This document shows, piece by piece, positions 1-13,400 of a DNA stretch of 64,000 nucleotides (position 1 is the stretch's first letter; every line of letters begins with the position of its first letter). The notes beneath the pieces were generated by a model, which was not told the origin of the DNA, did no database searches, and saw only the letters and a list, made by a program, of their open reading frames with translations. The stretch lies in NCBI GenBank assembly GCA_965202585.1, contig CBDBBG010000062.1:1-64000 (forward strand). Direction: 5' to 3'. This stretch comes from Thalia democratica (Eukaryota). The position numbers were made by a program, and so were the translations under genes.

Positions 1-3000
1 TTAATGTAAAAAAATTTGTAAAATAGTAAGAAGGCATTGAAAATATATTTTTAATTTATACAATAGATTTTTTGTGTCTACGATCGCTGTATGAAACTAC
101 TAATTTCTATTTTGCATGTCTTTTTTTACAACTATAACTAAATGCTAGATAACTAGTATACTTAGTTTTAAAATTATTTTGTTTTAATTTTTGAATGGAA
201 TAGAAAAAAATTTATTAGTATAAATAATATAAAAAATTCAAATTAAAATATACTTATAACACATATACTACTTAAACGCCTTTTTAGATGTTATCTTGAA
301 GCTGGCTTCTTCAAAATGACTAAATTTAAAAACATTTGTTTAAGATGTAAGCTTTTCAACATTTTAAAAATTAGTTTTGAGGACAACAATCAATGACAAA
401 TGTTTTGAATTATTGATAATACTTTTTTTATAACGAAACTTTTATCTCATCAATATGGTATTTTTATTATCGAGTTAATTTGATACAATCACGGTTGCCA
501 TGAATTTTTGGCAATTTTTTTCCAGGTTTTCAAAAATTCTTTCAGTATTTTTAAGTTAGACGTTTAAAAGTCTAATTTAAATTTAAATTCAAGTTTAATG
601 TAAAAAACTGTTCGAAATAGTAGGAAGGCATTGAAAAGATAGTTTAAATCTATGTAAATGTGTTTTTTTTTTAATAACATCCTTTATGTTCAAAATTTTT
701 TAATCTATACAATAGATTTATTGTATCTAAGACCACTGTATAATTATATTAAATTCAATTTTTGCATTTTTTTTTTTACAAGAATAACTTAACGCTATAA
801 AACTAGTATACTTACCTTTAAAATTATTTTAATTTAATTTTAAATAGAATAAAAATAAATTTATTAATATAAATAATATAAGAAATACAAATTAAAATAT
901 ACTAATAACAGATATACTCATTAAAAATTTTCTTAGATGTTATGTTGAAGCTGGCTTCTTCAGAATAACTTAAACTTAAAAATATTTGTTTAAGATGTAA
1001 AGTTTTCAACATTTCAAAAATTAGTTTTAAGGACAACTATCAGGGACAAATGTTTTGAATTATTAATAATACTTTTTTTATAACAAAACTTTTATCTCAT
1101 CTATTCGGTCTTTTTATTATACAGTTAATATGATACAATCACGGTTGCCAAGTTATATTGGCAATTTTTCTCCAGGTCTTCAAAAGTTCTTTCAGTATTT
1201 TAAAGTTAGACTTTTTACAGTCTTATTTCAATTTAAATTCAAGTTTAATGTAAAAAACTGTGTGAAATAGTAAGAAGGCATTGAAAAGGTTTATTAAATC
1301 TATGTGTGTATGTTTTTTTTTTATAATAACATTCATAATATTCACAATTTTATAATCTTTGCAATAAAATTTTTGTGTCTAAGACCACTGTATAATAATA
1401 TTAAATTTAATACTTGCATGTTTTTTTTTAAACAATAACCAAACGCTAGAAAACAAGTATACTTAGTTTTACAATTATTTTATTTTAATTTTTGAATAGA
1501 GTATAAATAAATATATTACTATAAATGGCATAACAAATGCAAATTGAAATATATTTATAACAGATATACTTATAAAACACTTTCTTAGATGTTATCTTGA
1601 AGCTGGCTTCTTCAAAATGACTAGATTCGAAAACATTTGTTTAAGATGTAAACTTTTCAACATTTTATAAATTAGTTTTAAGGACAACTATCAGGGACAA
1701 ATGTTTTGAATAGTTGATAATATTTTTTTTTACAGCAAAACTTTTATCTCAACTATTCGGTCATTTTAATAAACAGTTATTTTGATACAATCACGGTTGC
1801 CAAGTATTTTTGGTAATTTTTCTCCAAGTTTTCGAAATTTTTTTCAGTATTTTAAAGTTAGACGTTTTAAAATCTAATTTTAATTTAAATTCAAGTTTAA
1901 TGTAAAAAAATTTGTAAAATAGTAAGAAGGCATTGAAAATATATTTTTAATTTATACAATAGATTTTTTGTGTCTACGATCGCTGTATGAAACTACTAAT
2001 TTCTATTTTGCATGTCTTTTTTTACAACTATAACTAAATGCTAGATAACTAGTATACTTAGTTTTAAAATTATTTTGTTTTAATTTTTGAATGGAATAGA
2101 AAAAATTTATTAGTATAAATAATATAAAAAATTCAAATTAAAATATACTTATAACACATATACTACTTAAACGCCTTTTTAGATGTTATCTTGAAGCTGG
2201 CTTCTTCAAAATGACTAAATTTAAAAACATTTGTTTAAGATGTAAGCTTTTCAACATTTTAAAAATTAGTTTTGAGGACAACAATCAATGACAAATGTTT
2301 TGAATTATTGATAATACTTTTTTTATAACGAAACTTTTATCTCATCAATATGGTATTTTTATTATCGAGTTAATTTGATACAATCACGGTTGCCATGAAT
2401 TTTTGGCAATTTTTTTTCCAGGTTTTCAAAAATTCTTTCAGTATTTTTAAGTTAGACGTTTAAAAGTCTAATTTAAATTTAAATTCAAGTTTAATGTAAA
2501 AAACTGTTCGAAATAGTAGGAAGGCATTGAAAAGATAGTTTAAATCTATGTAAATGTGTTTTTTTTTTAATAACATCCTTTATGTTCAAAATTTTTTAAT
2601 CTATACAATAGATTTATTGTATCTAAGACCACTGTATAATTATATTAAATTCAATTTTTGCATTTTTTTTTTTACAAGAATAACTTAACGCTATAAAACT
2701 AGTATACTTACCTTTAAAATTATTTTAATTTAATTTTAAATAGAATAAAAATAAATTTATTAATATAAATAATATAAGAAATACAAATTAAAATATACTA
2801 ATAACAGATATACTCATTAAAAATTTTCTTAGATGTTATGTTGAAGCTGGCTTCTTCAGAATAACTTAAACTTAAAAATATTTGTTTAAGATGTAAAGTT
2901 TTCAACATTTCAAAAATTAGTTTTAAGGACAACTATCAGGGACAAATGTTTTGAATTATTAATAATACTTTTTTTATAACAAAACTTTTATCTCATCTAT

Positions 3001-4970
3001 TCGGTCTTTTTATTATACAGTTAATATGATACAATCACGGTTGCCAAGTTATATTGGCAATTTTTCTCCAGGTCTTCAAAAGTTCTTTCAGTATTTTAAA
3101 GTTAGACTTTTTACAGTCTTATTTCAATTTAAATTCAAGTTTAATGTGAAAAAACTGTGTGAAATAGTAGGAAGGCATTGAAAAGATAGTTTAAATCTAT
3201 GTAAATGTGTGTATTTTTAATAAAATTATTTATGTTCACAATTTTTCAATCTATGAAATAGATTTTTTGTGTCTAAGACCACTGTATAATAATATTAAAT
3301 TCAATACTTGCATGTTTTTTTTATACAATAACTTAACGCTAGAAAACTAGTATACTTAGTTTTACAATTATTTTGTTTTAATTTTTAAATGGAATAGAAA
3401 TAAATATATTAGTATAAATAATATAACAGATGCAAATAAAAATTTACTTATAACAGATAGACTCATTAAACACTTTCTTAGATGTTATCTTGAAGCTGGC
3501 TTCTTCAAAACGACTAAATTTAATAATATTCTTTTGAGATGTAAACTTTTCAACATTTAAAAAATAGTTTTAAGGACAACAATCAATTACAATGTTTTGA
3601 ATTATTGATAGTACTATATATATAACAAAACTTTTTTGTCATCTATTCGGTCTTTTTATTTTACAGTTAATTTGATACAATCACGGTTGCCAAGTATTAC
3701 TGGCAATTTTTCTTCAAGTTTTTAAAAGTTCTTTCAGTAATTTAAAGTTAGACGTTTCAAAGTCTAATTTTAATTTAAACTCAAGTTTAATGTAAAAAAC
3801 TGTGTGAAATAGTAGGAAGGCATTGAAAAGATATATTAAATCTATGTAATTTTTTTTTTTTCAAATAACATTCTATATGTTCACAATTTTTTAATCTATA
3901 CAATAGATTTTTTGTTTCTAAGACCACTGTATGATAATATTAAATTAAATATTTGCATGTTTTTTTTACAAGAATAATCAAACGCTAAAAAGCCTAGTAT
4001 ACTTAGTTTAACAATTGATTTATTTTAATTTTGAATAGAATAAAAATAAACAGATTAGTATAAATGATATAACAGAGGCAAATTAAAATATATTTATAAC
4101 AGATATACTTATAAAACACTTTCTTAGATGTTATCTTGAAGCTGGCTTCTTCAGAATGACTTAAACTTAAAAATATTTTTTTAAGATGTAAACTTTTCAA
4201 CATTTCAAAAATTAGTTTTAAGGACATAATCAGGGACAAATGTTTTGATGTATTGATGTTACTTTTTTTTATAACAAAACTTTTATCTAATCTATTCGGT
4301 ATTTTTATTAAACAGTTATTTTGATATAAACACGGTTGCCAAGTATTTTTTGGAATTTTTTTTCTAGGTTTTTAAAAGTTCTTTCAGTATTTTAAAGTTA
4401 GACTTTTTACAGTCTTATTTTAATTTAAATTTTAGTTTAATGTAAAAAACTGAGTGAAATAGTTAGAAGGCATTGAAAAGATGTATTAAATCTATGTAAA
4501 TGTGTTTTTTTTAATAACATTCTTTATGTTCACAATTTTATAATCTATACAATAGAACTTTTGTTTCTAAGACAACTGTATAGTAATATAATTCATAATT
4601 TTGCATGTTATTTTTTTACACCAATAAGTAGATGCTAGAAAACTAGTATACTTAATTTTAAAACTACTTATTTTAATTTTTGAATGAAAAAAAAAATCTT
4701 TTAATGTAAATAATATAATAGATGCAAATTAAAATATTCTTATTACAGGTATACTGATTAAACATTTTCTTAGATATTATCTTGAAGCTGGCTTCTTCAA
4801 AATGACTAAATTAAAAAACATTTGTTTAAGATGTAAACTTTTCAACATTTAAAAAATTGTTTTAAGGACAACTATCAGGGACAAATGTTTTGACTATTGA
4901 TAATTTTTTTTATAACATCTATATATAACAATTTATAGTTTATAACAATTTTAAACTTTTATCTCATCTA
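1..4970. repeat. Tandem satellite array, ~650-bp monomer, about 7.6 copies (continues off the left edge)
   Basis: Monomers start with TTAATGT(A/G)AAAAA at 1, 595, 1245, 1897, 2491, 3141, 3787 and 4437. Conserved cores TCTTGAAGCTGGCTTCTTCA, GGACAA..ATCAGGGACAAATG and CACGGTTGCCA recur in each full unit. Units at 1 and 1897 carry a ~55-bp deletion (594 bp long). Confidence 0.97.
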
Positions 4971-6319
4971 TATCAATAAAAATTTTTAAACAGGTAGGCC
5001 TAATTAAGTTCTTATATTTAGTCCTTTCATTTTTGAATAAAAAAACAAAAACAATTTAAAACGAAATAAAAGTAATTTTCACACGCAACTTAGCTTTGTT
5101 TTTAGTAAAAAAGTACAAGTAAAAAATTAATGTTTTCATTCCTAAATTTGATAAAAAAAAATTATTAAAGTACCATATTTAAAGGACAAAAGTTGGCCTG
5201 CATTACACCAAAATTAGTCTGAGTCAGCAAAAACTTAGAAAAAATTAGTTTTAAAAACTATAATAATTTATCTATAATGTATAGTAAATTTTTAACAAAA
5301 TACTTACAAAAAATACCATTATATATAAAACGATTACCATTATTTTTTAAGTTTATTTTTAGTTATTAAATATAGCCTTAAATAAAACATACTAATCTGA
5401 GTTTTGCGTAGAACTGCAAACAAGCACGAAGTTTAATAAATTTCTTAACATTTTAAAAAAATTACAAATTAAAACTGTAAAATTCTTATATCGTATGAAA
5501 CTTACATCCCACACCCAAAAAAAAAATTCAAAAAAAAATTTCATTTTGATTTTTGAAATTACACATTTATTATTATCATTATTGGTGTTCATTTGCGAAG
5601 ATGGACTCGGGCATTAAAACCCCAGCCGCTTAAACGATACACACGAAAAAAGAAACAAACAATTTACATTCAATGAAAATTGAAAAACTAAACATAACAA
5701 ATTTAAAAGTTACAAACAAATAGTCCCGTATGATCAACTGTAACTTAGTATGCACAAAAAACAAACCGAAATAAATTCTCATATAAAAACTTATGCATTG
5801 ACTATAAAAGATTACACAATTACAAAAAATATATATAACAACTTATAATCTGTAGGGGGAAGGCGTAGGGAAGAAAAATTATTCTTTGTAATATTAATAT
5901 TTTACAATGAATTTTATTCGTTAATCACTGTATTTAAATATTATAAATGCAATATAAGTAATGAAGCACGAGTATGAAATAAAGTTATAAAGAAGCCTGA
6001 ATTCATTTAAGTTCAAAGTTTTTTAACAATAAAACAAACTTATAATCCATAATTTTCAAGAAAAAAGTTTTTACATAAATGCTTCTAAACAACTTAATGA
6101 AAATAATTTACCAGTAGGTATAAGTGATGAGATTAGAGATTTTTTTTTACTATTGTTCCTAGATTTTAAGGGAAATAGTATTGAAGCCTCCCATTAATTA
6201 AAGTAAGCATTATGTTTGTTATTACTCTAATGAAACGAACTATATAAAGTTTTCAAAAAATAAAAATGTAAAATTTTTAAATAATGGTGTAAACAAAAAA
6301 ATGTTCTGATTATAAAAAC

Positions 6320-6540
6320 ACTATTGCTAAACTTTTTTTTAAACTAGCCTATTTAAAAAAAAAAGCTACCAGATAATAACTACATTATAAAACATTTATT
6401 TTGGATGCTAAAATTTCAACATTGAAAACACTACTTTTAAAGATAACTTTTAGGGACAAACTTTTTAGACAATTGGTAGCAACTTCTTGTTTTTCATAAA
6501 ACTTTTGTTTTGGTATATAACTTATTTCTTTAATTTGATA
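6320..6540 (+). repeat. Diverged solo relic of the satellite monomer
   Basis: GATGCTAAAATTTCAACATTGAAAACACTACTTTTAAAGATAACTTTTAGGGACAAAC parallels the monomer's GATGTAAACTTTTCAACATTTCAAAAATTAGTTTTAAGGACAACTATCAGGGACAAATG. Confidence 0.6.
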
Positions 6541-7658
6541 TAACATAAAAATTAATTTGATGCGAATAAGTTTTTTTTTGATGATGTTAAATAAATTTTA
6601 AAACAAAATACTTAAAAAAATGTATTTAAAAATTGGTTTATTTGTACTAGTAATTTTTTTTATAACAAGTAAAACTGAACTAAAACATTTGAATAAGTCC
6701 AATCCAAGTTTTTTAAACTTAGGTTAGCACAGATAAAAGACCATTTAACTTCTTTTAGTGAACTACTTTTTAAAATGAAATAAGTATTTATTGTTTTCTT
6801 ATATATCTAAAAATTTTAACTGGTAACAGTTGCAGGAAATGGGGTTATCATGGAACATTTTGTATATTTATCTTCGACTACATTTTTTTTTATTTTAAAA
6901 GTTTAAAAAGGTATACAAAATTGAATTTTGTATAGGTTGAAACACTAATTAAAGCAACTTAATGTATTACTGTTCACCAAACGTATCATAAACACACATT
7001 TAAACTTAAAACCTTCAGAACCACAAATTTAAAAAAGTAAACATTACATAAAAAAACAAAGTTACTAGAACATAAATCAGTCTTCCATCTTAAGCTGTTA
7101 CTCTTAGGTTATCTAACTTACAAAAGATTGTATCGAACGTTTTCCACTAGTTTATAGTTTGGTATCCACAATATTTCTGATTTAAGTTCCTAACAAGTTC
7201 TAAATGTTTAACTATAAAAAGCGCATGTTAGCACTTAATAACTATATGGTGCTGTTCATATTGTTTTACTGTAGTGATGTCTTATGATGTCTCAAGGGAA
7301 GGATAGACAACGTACGGACCGCGGACCGAATCCGGCTTGTGGAGTTATAATGACGGGCCCCTGACATTTTTCAAAATTAAGTAGAACTCGGCCCGTCATA
7401 ACCAATATTCCAAATTGTTTCTAGCAAATCTGATTCTATTAATGTTTTACTCAAGCCCGGGGTTGCCGAAAATAGAAGATTTCAAGTACTTAATAAAAAT
7501 AAAATTGTGTTTTTTAGCTAAAAAATTTACGCTCAAACTAAACTAGTATTTAGAAGATTAGTTCCGTCAAAGGTTATAATTTATAGAGAATTCTGGTTAC
7601 TTAATAAACACTCAAATTGTTATACTTGAAATTTTTTGTGAGGTAGATGAATCTAAAA

Positions 7659-7862
7659 AAGTGATTAATCGGATCCATAGAATTAGCATCTGACCGGATC
7701 TAAGTATTTTTGTTAAATAAGCCGCAAGCCAGATTCGAATGTAATTTTAAAATTAGTATCCGGCCGGGTAAGAATGATATTTTAATTTTATTGTACGGCC
7801 GGACCCAGATCTTAAAAAGTATTGTCAAGACAGAATCGGATACTGGATCCGATACATCACTA
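7659..7862. mobile_element. Degenerate hAT-like MITE with CGGATC subterminal repeats
   Basis: Left AAGTGATTAATCGGATCC matches the reverse complement of the right end (TAGTGATGTATCGGATCC) at 15/18, and there are several internal CCGG/CGGATC motifs. No TSD seen. Confidence 0.5.
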
Positions 7863-10010
7863 TTTCGAAATGCTCCGGTCTGCATAAATTAAAAATGGGT
7901 AAACAGTTGTAAATACTCATTATAACTAGATGTTCAAAAACTGTTGTTGAAATTTTTCACTTTTATAAATGATAAATAAAAATTTAGATACTTTAATCTT
8001 AAAATATATTAATTATTTCAATAAACATTTTTAAGTTAAAGAATGAAACATAAAGTTACTTTGAACAATCAGTGTTTAGTTTAAATTTGTGAATAAAGAT
8101 TACTATTTATATATTTTTTTCATAACTAAAATTTATCATTCTTAGTTTATTATTATCGCATTTACAGTGATTTCAAATTACGGTAAACCAATGACCGCTG
8201 TACAGAACTATTTTATTTATTTTAAACTAAAATAAATTTTAATATATAAAATTCTTTGATTCAAAAAATAAAATCAAATATTATTTTGGCCACTAGAGAC
8301 ATTAATCAGCTAGATAAATTCTAAGTTTTAGTTTTAATCATCTTTTTTTATATATAAATCAAAACGTGTTTGAAACAATTATACTTTAAGAAAATTTTAT
8401 TATATATTTTATTTGTTGATTTATTTCAAAATTTTTATTTGCTTACTCTATAAATAGTTTACTTATCTATCTTGTAAGTTTTAGTAGTATTGAAACCTGC
8501 AAATAAATGCATAAAACTAAAAATATTAAATTTTGGACAAATTTTATTGATCAACACTCATCAAATAAGTAAATAGTTACAACCCGGGATTGAATAACTT
8601 TAATAAAAAAATAAAGTAATAATTTTTTTATAATTTTCAGCAGAGAAAGTTTTAGTTTTAGTCATTATTTACTTCTGTTCTGTATACATTTAAATAATTG
8701 GAATATTAATAATTTTTTATTTAAATTAAAAACTAAGTAGTTTAAGCCATTAATCGTTTATAGTACTACGAATATAATCAAATGTTTTTAAATTATTTAT
8801 TAAGTTACTTTAAAAGATTCTGACAAAGTTATCAGTTCATATTAGTCTAGCTAACTTTAAACTAATTGTTAATGTTCAAAAGGACGTGTCTAGAATTTTT
8901 CAAAGGGGGCTCACAATTTTTTTTATTTCTAATTTCCTGCTTAATTACGCATTTCTTAGGTATGCTCTGCCAGTAAGGACGCATTATTTAGCCGAAAACT
9001 CTGTTTAAAATGCTTTTTTTCTGTTTAAAAATAAAAAATATATATATAAGTCGTAATAGAAAAATATTATGATTTTTTTATTTATTTTACCGTATTAAAT
9101 TTAGATAAATTAAAACTAAAAGAACCAGAAAAAAGTTATAAACTTATAAATTGAATTTGAATATCAAAATTCAAATCTATTATTTAAAACAAAATTATTT
9201 AAAGTTTAGTTTAAATTTCTAAGTTTTTTAATTTGTAAAGTTGGACAGAAAGATTATATGCATAAATAAACAAATTAGGATAAAAATGTGTCAAGTATAA
9301 AAAGTAAAAAATAAGTAAACTGAAAAGTACTGCTTTCAAAATTTTAAAGCTATTTTGTTCCAACTCAAATGATTCGGTAAAACTATTAAACTGCTTGTAA
9401 ATTACCGCTAAAAATTGTTTACAAACTTTTGATACAAAAAAATTAAAATATAATGTCCATATTGTAATTATATTTAGACTTATGCGTATAAAAGGTTCAA
9501 CAACATTAGAATTATGCCTAAAAACTTTTTGTAAAATTATGTAACTTAATACTCTCTTTTAAGTTACAATCAGAATAGATCACAATTAGAGGTTTTCTGT
9601 GAAAAGAGCATTAGAAATTATTTTTTTCGAGAACATTGTAGTGATGTCATTAGTGGGTATGAACTATGATAAAACGGTAAACAAAATCATTTATAGGATG
9701 AAAGTCTTGCAAAAATTTATATATTAGCAAACAAATAGCTAAATAATTCACTGATTAAAATTTGTATATATAATTTCATCAAACCAAGTCAAGTCTGCTA
9801 TTTAACACGGTACAATTTGCTAATTTTATAACTAATAACTAAGTAGCTTCAAGTTTTTAAAAGTTTGATAGTTCTTTTTAGATGTAATTTAGTGTTAATA
9901 AAAAGAGCATAGTTTTGATAAGTTTCACATATTTCAAGTAATAAAAAATTATATTTATTTTTGTAATTTATTGTGTTATACTTTTCTGCCTTTTTTTTTG
10001 GTTTTACATT

Positions 10011-10265
10011 GCGTGTATTATTTCGTTTTATTCATGAGTTACTTATTTCGTTCCTTTTATGAGTTTCTTATTTCGTTTCTTTTGTGCATTTCTTATTTCG
10101 TTCCTTTTATGGGTTTCTTATTTCGTTACTTTTTTTTTGCGTTTCTTATTTCGTTACTCTTTTTTTGCGTTTCTTATTTCGTTACTTTTTTTTTGCGTTT
10201 TTTATTTCGTTCCTTTTATGCGTTTCTTATTTCGTTACTTTTTTTTTGCGTTTCTTATTTCGTTT
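10011..10265. repeat. Minisatellite, ~25-28-bp unit (GCGTTTCTTATTTCGTTAC-T(n)), about 10 copies
   Basis: Directly visible repeats. It explains the three overlapping low-complexity F/L/S-rich ORFs at 9971-10358. Confidence 0.95.
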
Positions 10266-10421
10266 TTGTTTCTTTTTTTAGTAGCGTCTGAACAGACGGC
10301 CTGTAAAAAAACAACTAAGTTAGAGCTTTTTTTGTTTCTACGCTTTTTAAGTATATAATAATAATGAAATATAGTTTTTTGTCTTAAAGAATATTTCAAA
10401 CTACTAGACTTTCTTGTAGCA

Positions 10422-13400
10422 TTAACATTTATAGATGTTTACATGCAAAAGATACAGAACAAAGCAATTCACGAAAATTGTTGAAGTAGTACAAGAAAAT
10501 GTTTTATGAAAAAGTTGCAAACAACATTTTTCTAAAATACTATCTATTTTCAATAGTTATAGTAAAACTAACACTAATATTAAACTGTTAAAGTGAAACA
10601 AAAAAGGTTTTTATCAAAAAGTTGTTACAAAGTAGGTTACAAGAATTTAGTAAATAGAATGGTTACATTATGATAAGTAGTTTTTAGTATTATCAATATC
10701 CAAATAATGAGTAAAGTTAAGAAATTGTATATTGTAAAACATAAACGACAATGTTTTAAAAAACACTTAATTTTAAAAACTCACGGAAAAATCCAGCTCT
10801 TTTAACTTTCTCCTATAATAATTATAAAATTGATTTGGTTTGTTTATACTATATAAGTAAAGGTAAACGTCTTTTAAAAAAGACAATATATAAATGAATT
10901 TTTCTTTTAGGTCTTACACTTGTATATAAAACATGTCAACTTACCAGCTGTCTTTTAGTTTCAATAAGTTCTGTTTTTAAGCTGTCATTTGCTTTTTTTA
11001 AATTATATTCATCTTTTTTCAATCTGATATTTTATTAATAGAATTAATTTTTAATCATTTATTAAAAGTGTACATAATGATTTAAGCCTTAACACTACAA
11101 AAATATTACTCTTGTTACTTAGTTGACTTTTATCGAGTTCAACGCAAACATTAAAACAATGCTAAACAAAAGCTACTTAAGTAAAAACATATCTATGGAC
11201 TTTTGAACAAGAACTTTTAATTTTTTAAATTATTTTTTAATAACTAAAAAAACCTCTCATTTTCCTGCTGAGATGTAACAAGCTCTTCTTTTTGGATCTC
11301 CAGCTGTTATTTTAAAAATAAGCAAATTGTTAGTTTATTATGTTTATTAGTTATTTTTAAAGTAGTTACAAGTTTTTTTAACGTCAACTATTGCACTTAA
11401 AAATAAAACTACGTATAACTATAAGTTATTTAAATCTATTAATATTTTCAAAAATCAGCGATAGTTGTTAATAAAATTGTACTTGACTTTAGATTCAAAC
11501 TACAAAAGTTTGTAACTGAGTGTACAAAGTTTTAAAAATATAAAATAGATAAAAACATTTCAAAAATGTGCAATATTTTACCTTATTAGTTACATTTTGA
11601 AGCTCTTTTTTAATTTCGGCTTCTTCTTTAGCGCAAACGCTAATTTTCTCTTTAAAAGAAGAAATTTCAGCGGTCATTTTTTTAAAAGTACTTTCAGTTT
11701 TATCAAGCTTGTATTGCAAATTTTTTCTCTCGATCTTAGAAAAAAGTTACAGATCAAGTTATTTAAATAACTTACAACCTAAATGTAAAAAACAAAAATA
11801 TGCGTCTTGTATCTGCATTTGTATAGATTTTACAAAAAAATTAAAAAACATTTCTATATACCATAGGAAATTTATCATTGTTGTGAGTTTATTATTTATT
11901 ATTTTAAAAGTTAATGAAGCATCAAATTTTCCGTTTCAAAAGCAACAATTACTTTTGTACATTTTTGTAGTCATTCAAGTATCGAAAAGCTCTAAAAACT
12001 TAAAAAAAAAGATCTTAAACAAAAAAATGCTAACAATTAATTATTTCCTTGTATTTAAACATAAAAGCATGAGTTATACTAACAACCTTATAAAAATATT
12101 GTTAATATCGCTAATCTTAGAAAAATAGAACGCATAAATATCATTTAACTCTTTTATTTGATTTCGGAAACAGGTTAGGCTCGTAGTTTTAGAAACTTTT
12201 AGATGCTTAGAAACAAATAGCGCAAACGTGAAGTTTGGTAAATAAATGGAGTCAATGTTAATACCAATAAAAAAAAAATTAATGAGAAAAAAAAAATTAA
12301 TACTTCTTTAAAAAAAATGAACGGTATTTAATTTAAAACTTTATAATTAATCATTGGAATGAGAAATATCTCAACTTAACTATCATTATTTTTCAAATTG
12401 TTTTACACAAAAAAGTCATAAAAATATCAAAAACTATTTTTTAATCTAAAATTCTTTAATAGAATAATAAAGTGCTGTTTATTTACAACTTAAAAAAAAT
12501 TAAAATATCAACACTCAAAATAAGTTGTTCTACCTTATAAGCTATAAAGAACAGAATTTAATTTAAAAATTAAAAATTTAACATTTTTATATTTTAAAAG
12601 TACCTAAAATTGTAATTTTTAGATTTTTTTAAGCTTACTTTTTCTTGCTCTAGTTTCGACTCAGTGCTGGTCAAATCATTTTTAATCTTTTCAATGTTTT
12701 TCAAAGCAGCTTCATTTTTTGTCTGAAAGAATTCTTATTTCTTCGTTTCCTAACAATAATTGGTCTTTTAATTGACCAACTTGTTCTGAAAAGTACAAAA
12801 TGATAAAGTTAAGCATCATATACAATAAAAATATTTAAAAGCAGTGTCTACTTAGACTTGTAAAGCTGCTTGACTAAAGGTTAACTTGAAATTAGCAACT
12901 TTTTGTTGTCTTACTAAGCCTCAATTGATTTTTAACCAACTTAAAAAACACTTTATATGTATAGTTTTAGTCTTTTCAATATTTGTAACTACTAAACATT
13001 AAAATAAAATGAAATTATTAGGGATTAAAAAGTAAATAGTCTATAAGTACTCTAATACTTTTATTGATTATTAAGAAACATTTAATTTACGATTAATAAC
13101 ATTAACTCACCACTCAATTCAAGGGTGGCGCTCTTAGCAGCAATAAGAGCACCTTCCTTTTCTTTGAGATCTTCCTGACAGCTCTGAACTTCTTTTGCTA
13201 GATCTTGGTTTTCGAGGTTCAGTTGTTTTACTTGGAGCTTCATTGCTTCGCTTTTTTCATTAGTCTCTTTAATCTCTTTTTGCAAAACTTTTTGCTATAT
13301 TGATTAGTGTAAAAGTTTAAAATAGCGAAAAAGAGTATAAAAAAAAGACATCAAAATTTTTTTTAAGAATAAAATTAAGTAACGTTTAAGTATTTATAAA

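Noticed and set aside
805-816. ATACTTACCT, identical to the U1 snRNA 5' end, in the satellite
   Set aside because: Present only in B-type monomers (others read ATACTTAGTT), with no downstream U1 structure or Sm site.
7272-7862. Larger element bounded by TAGTGATGT/ACATCACTA
   Set aside because: Only a 9-bp match, no TSD; the 7659 left end fits the subterminal pattern better.
9971-10358. Three overlapping hydrophobic ORFs
   Set aside because: They are translations of the 25-bp T-rich minisatellite, not membrane proteins.
11709-12128. 139-aa plus-strand ORF
   Set aside because: Lies antisense in an intron of the coiled-coil gene; AT-biased composition, no motifs.
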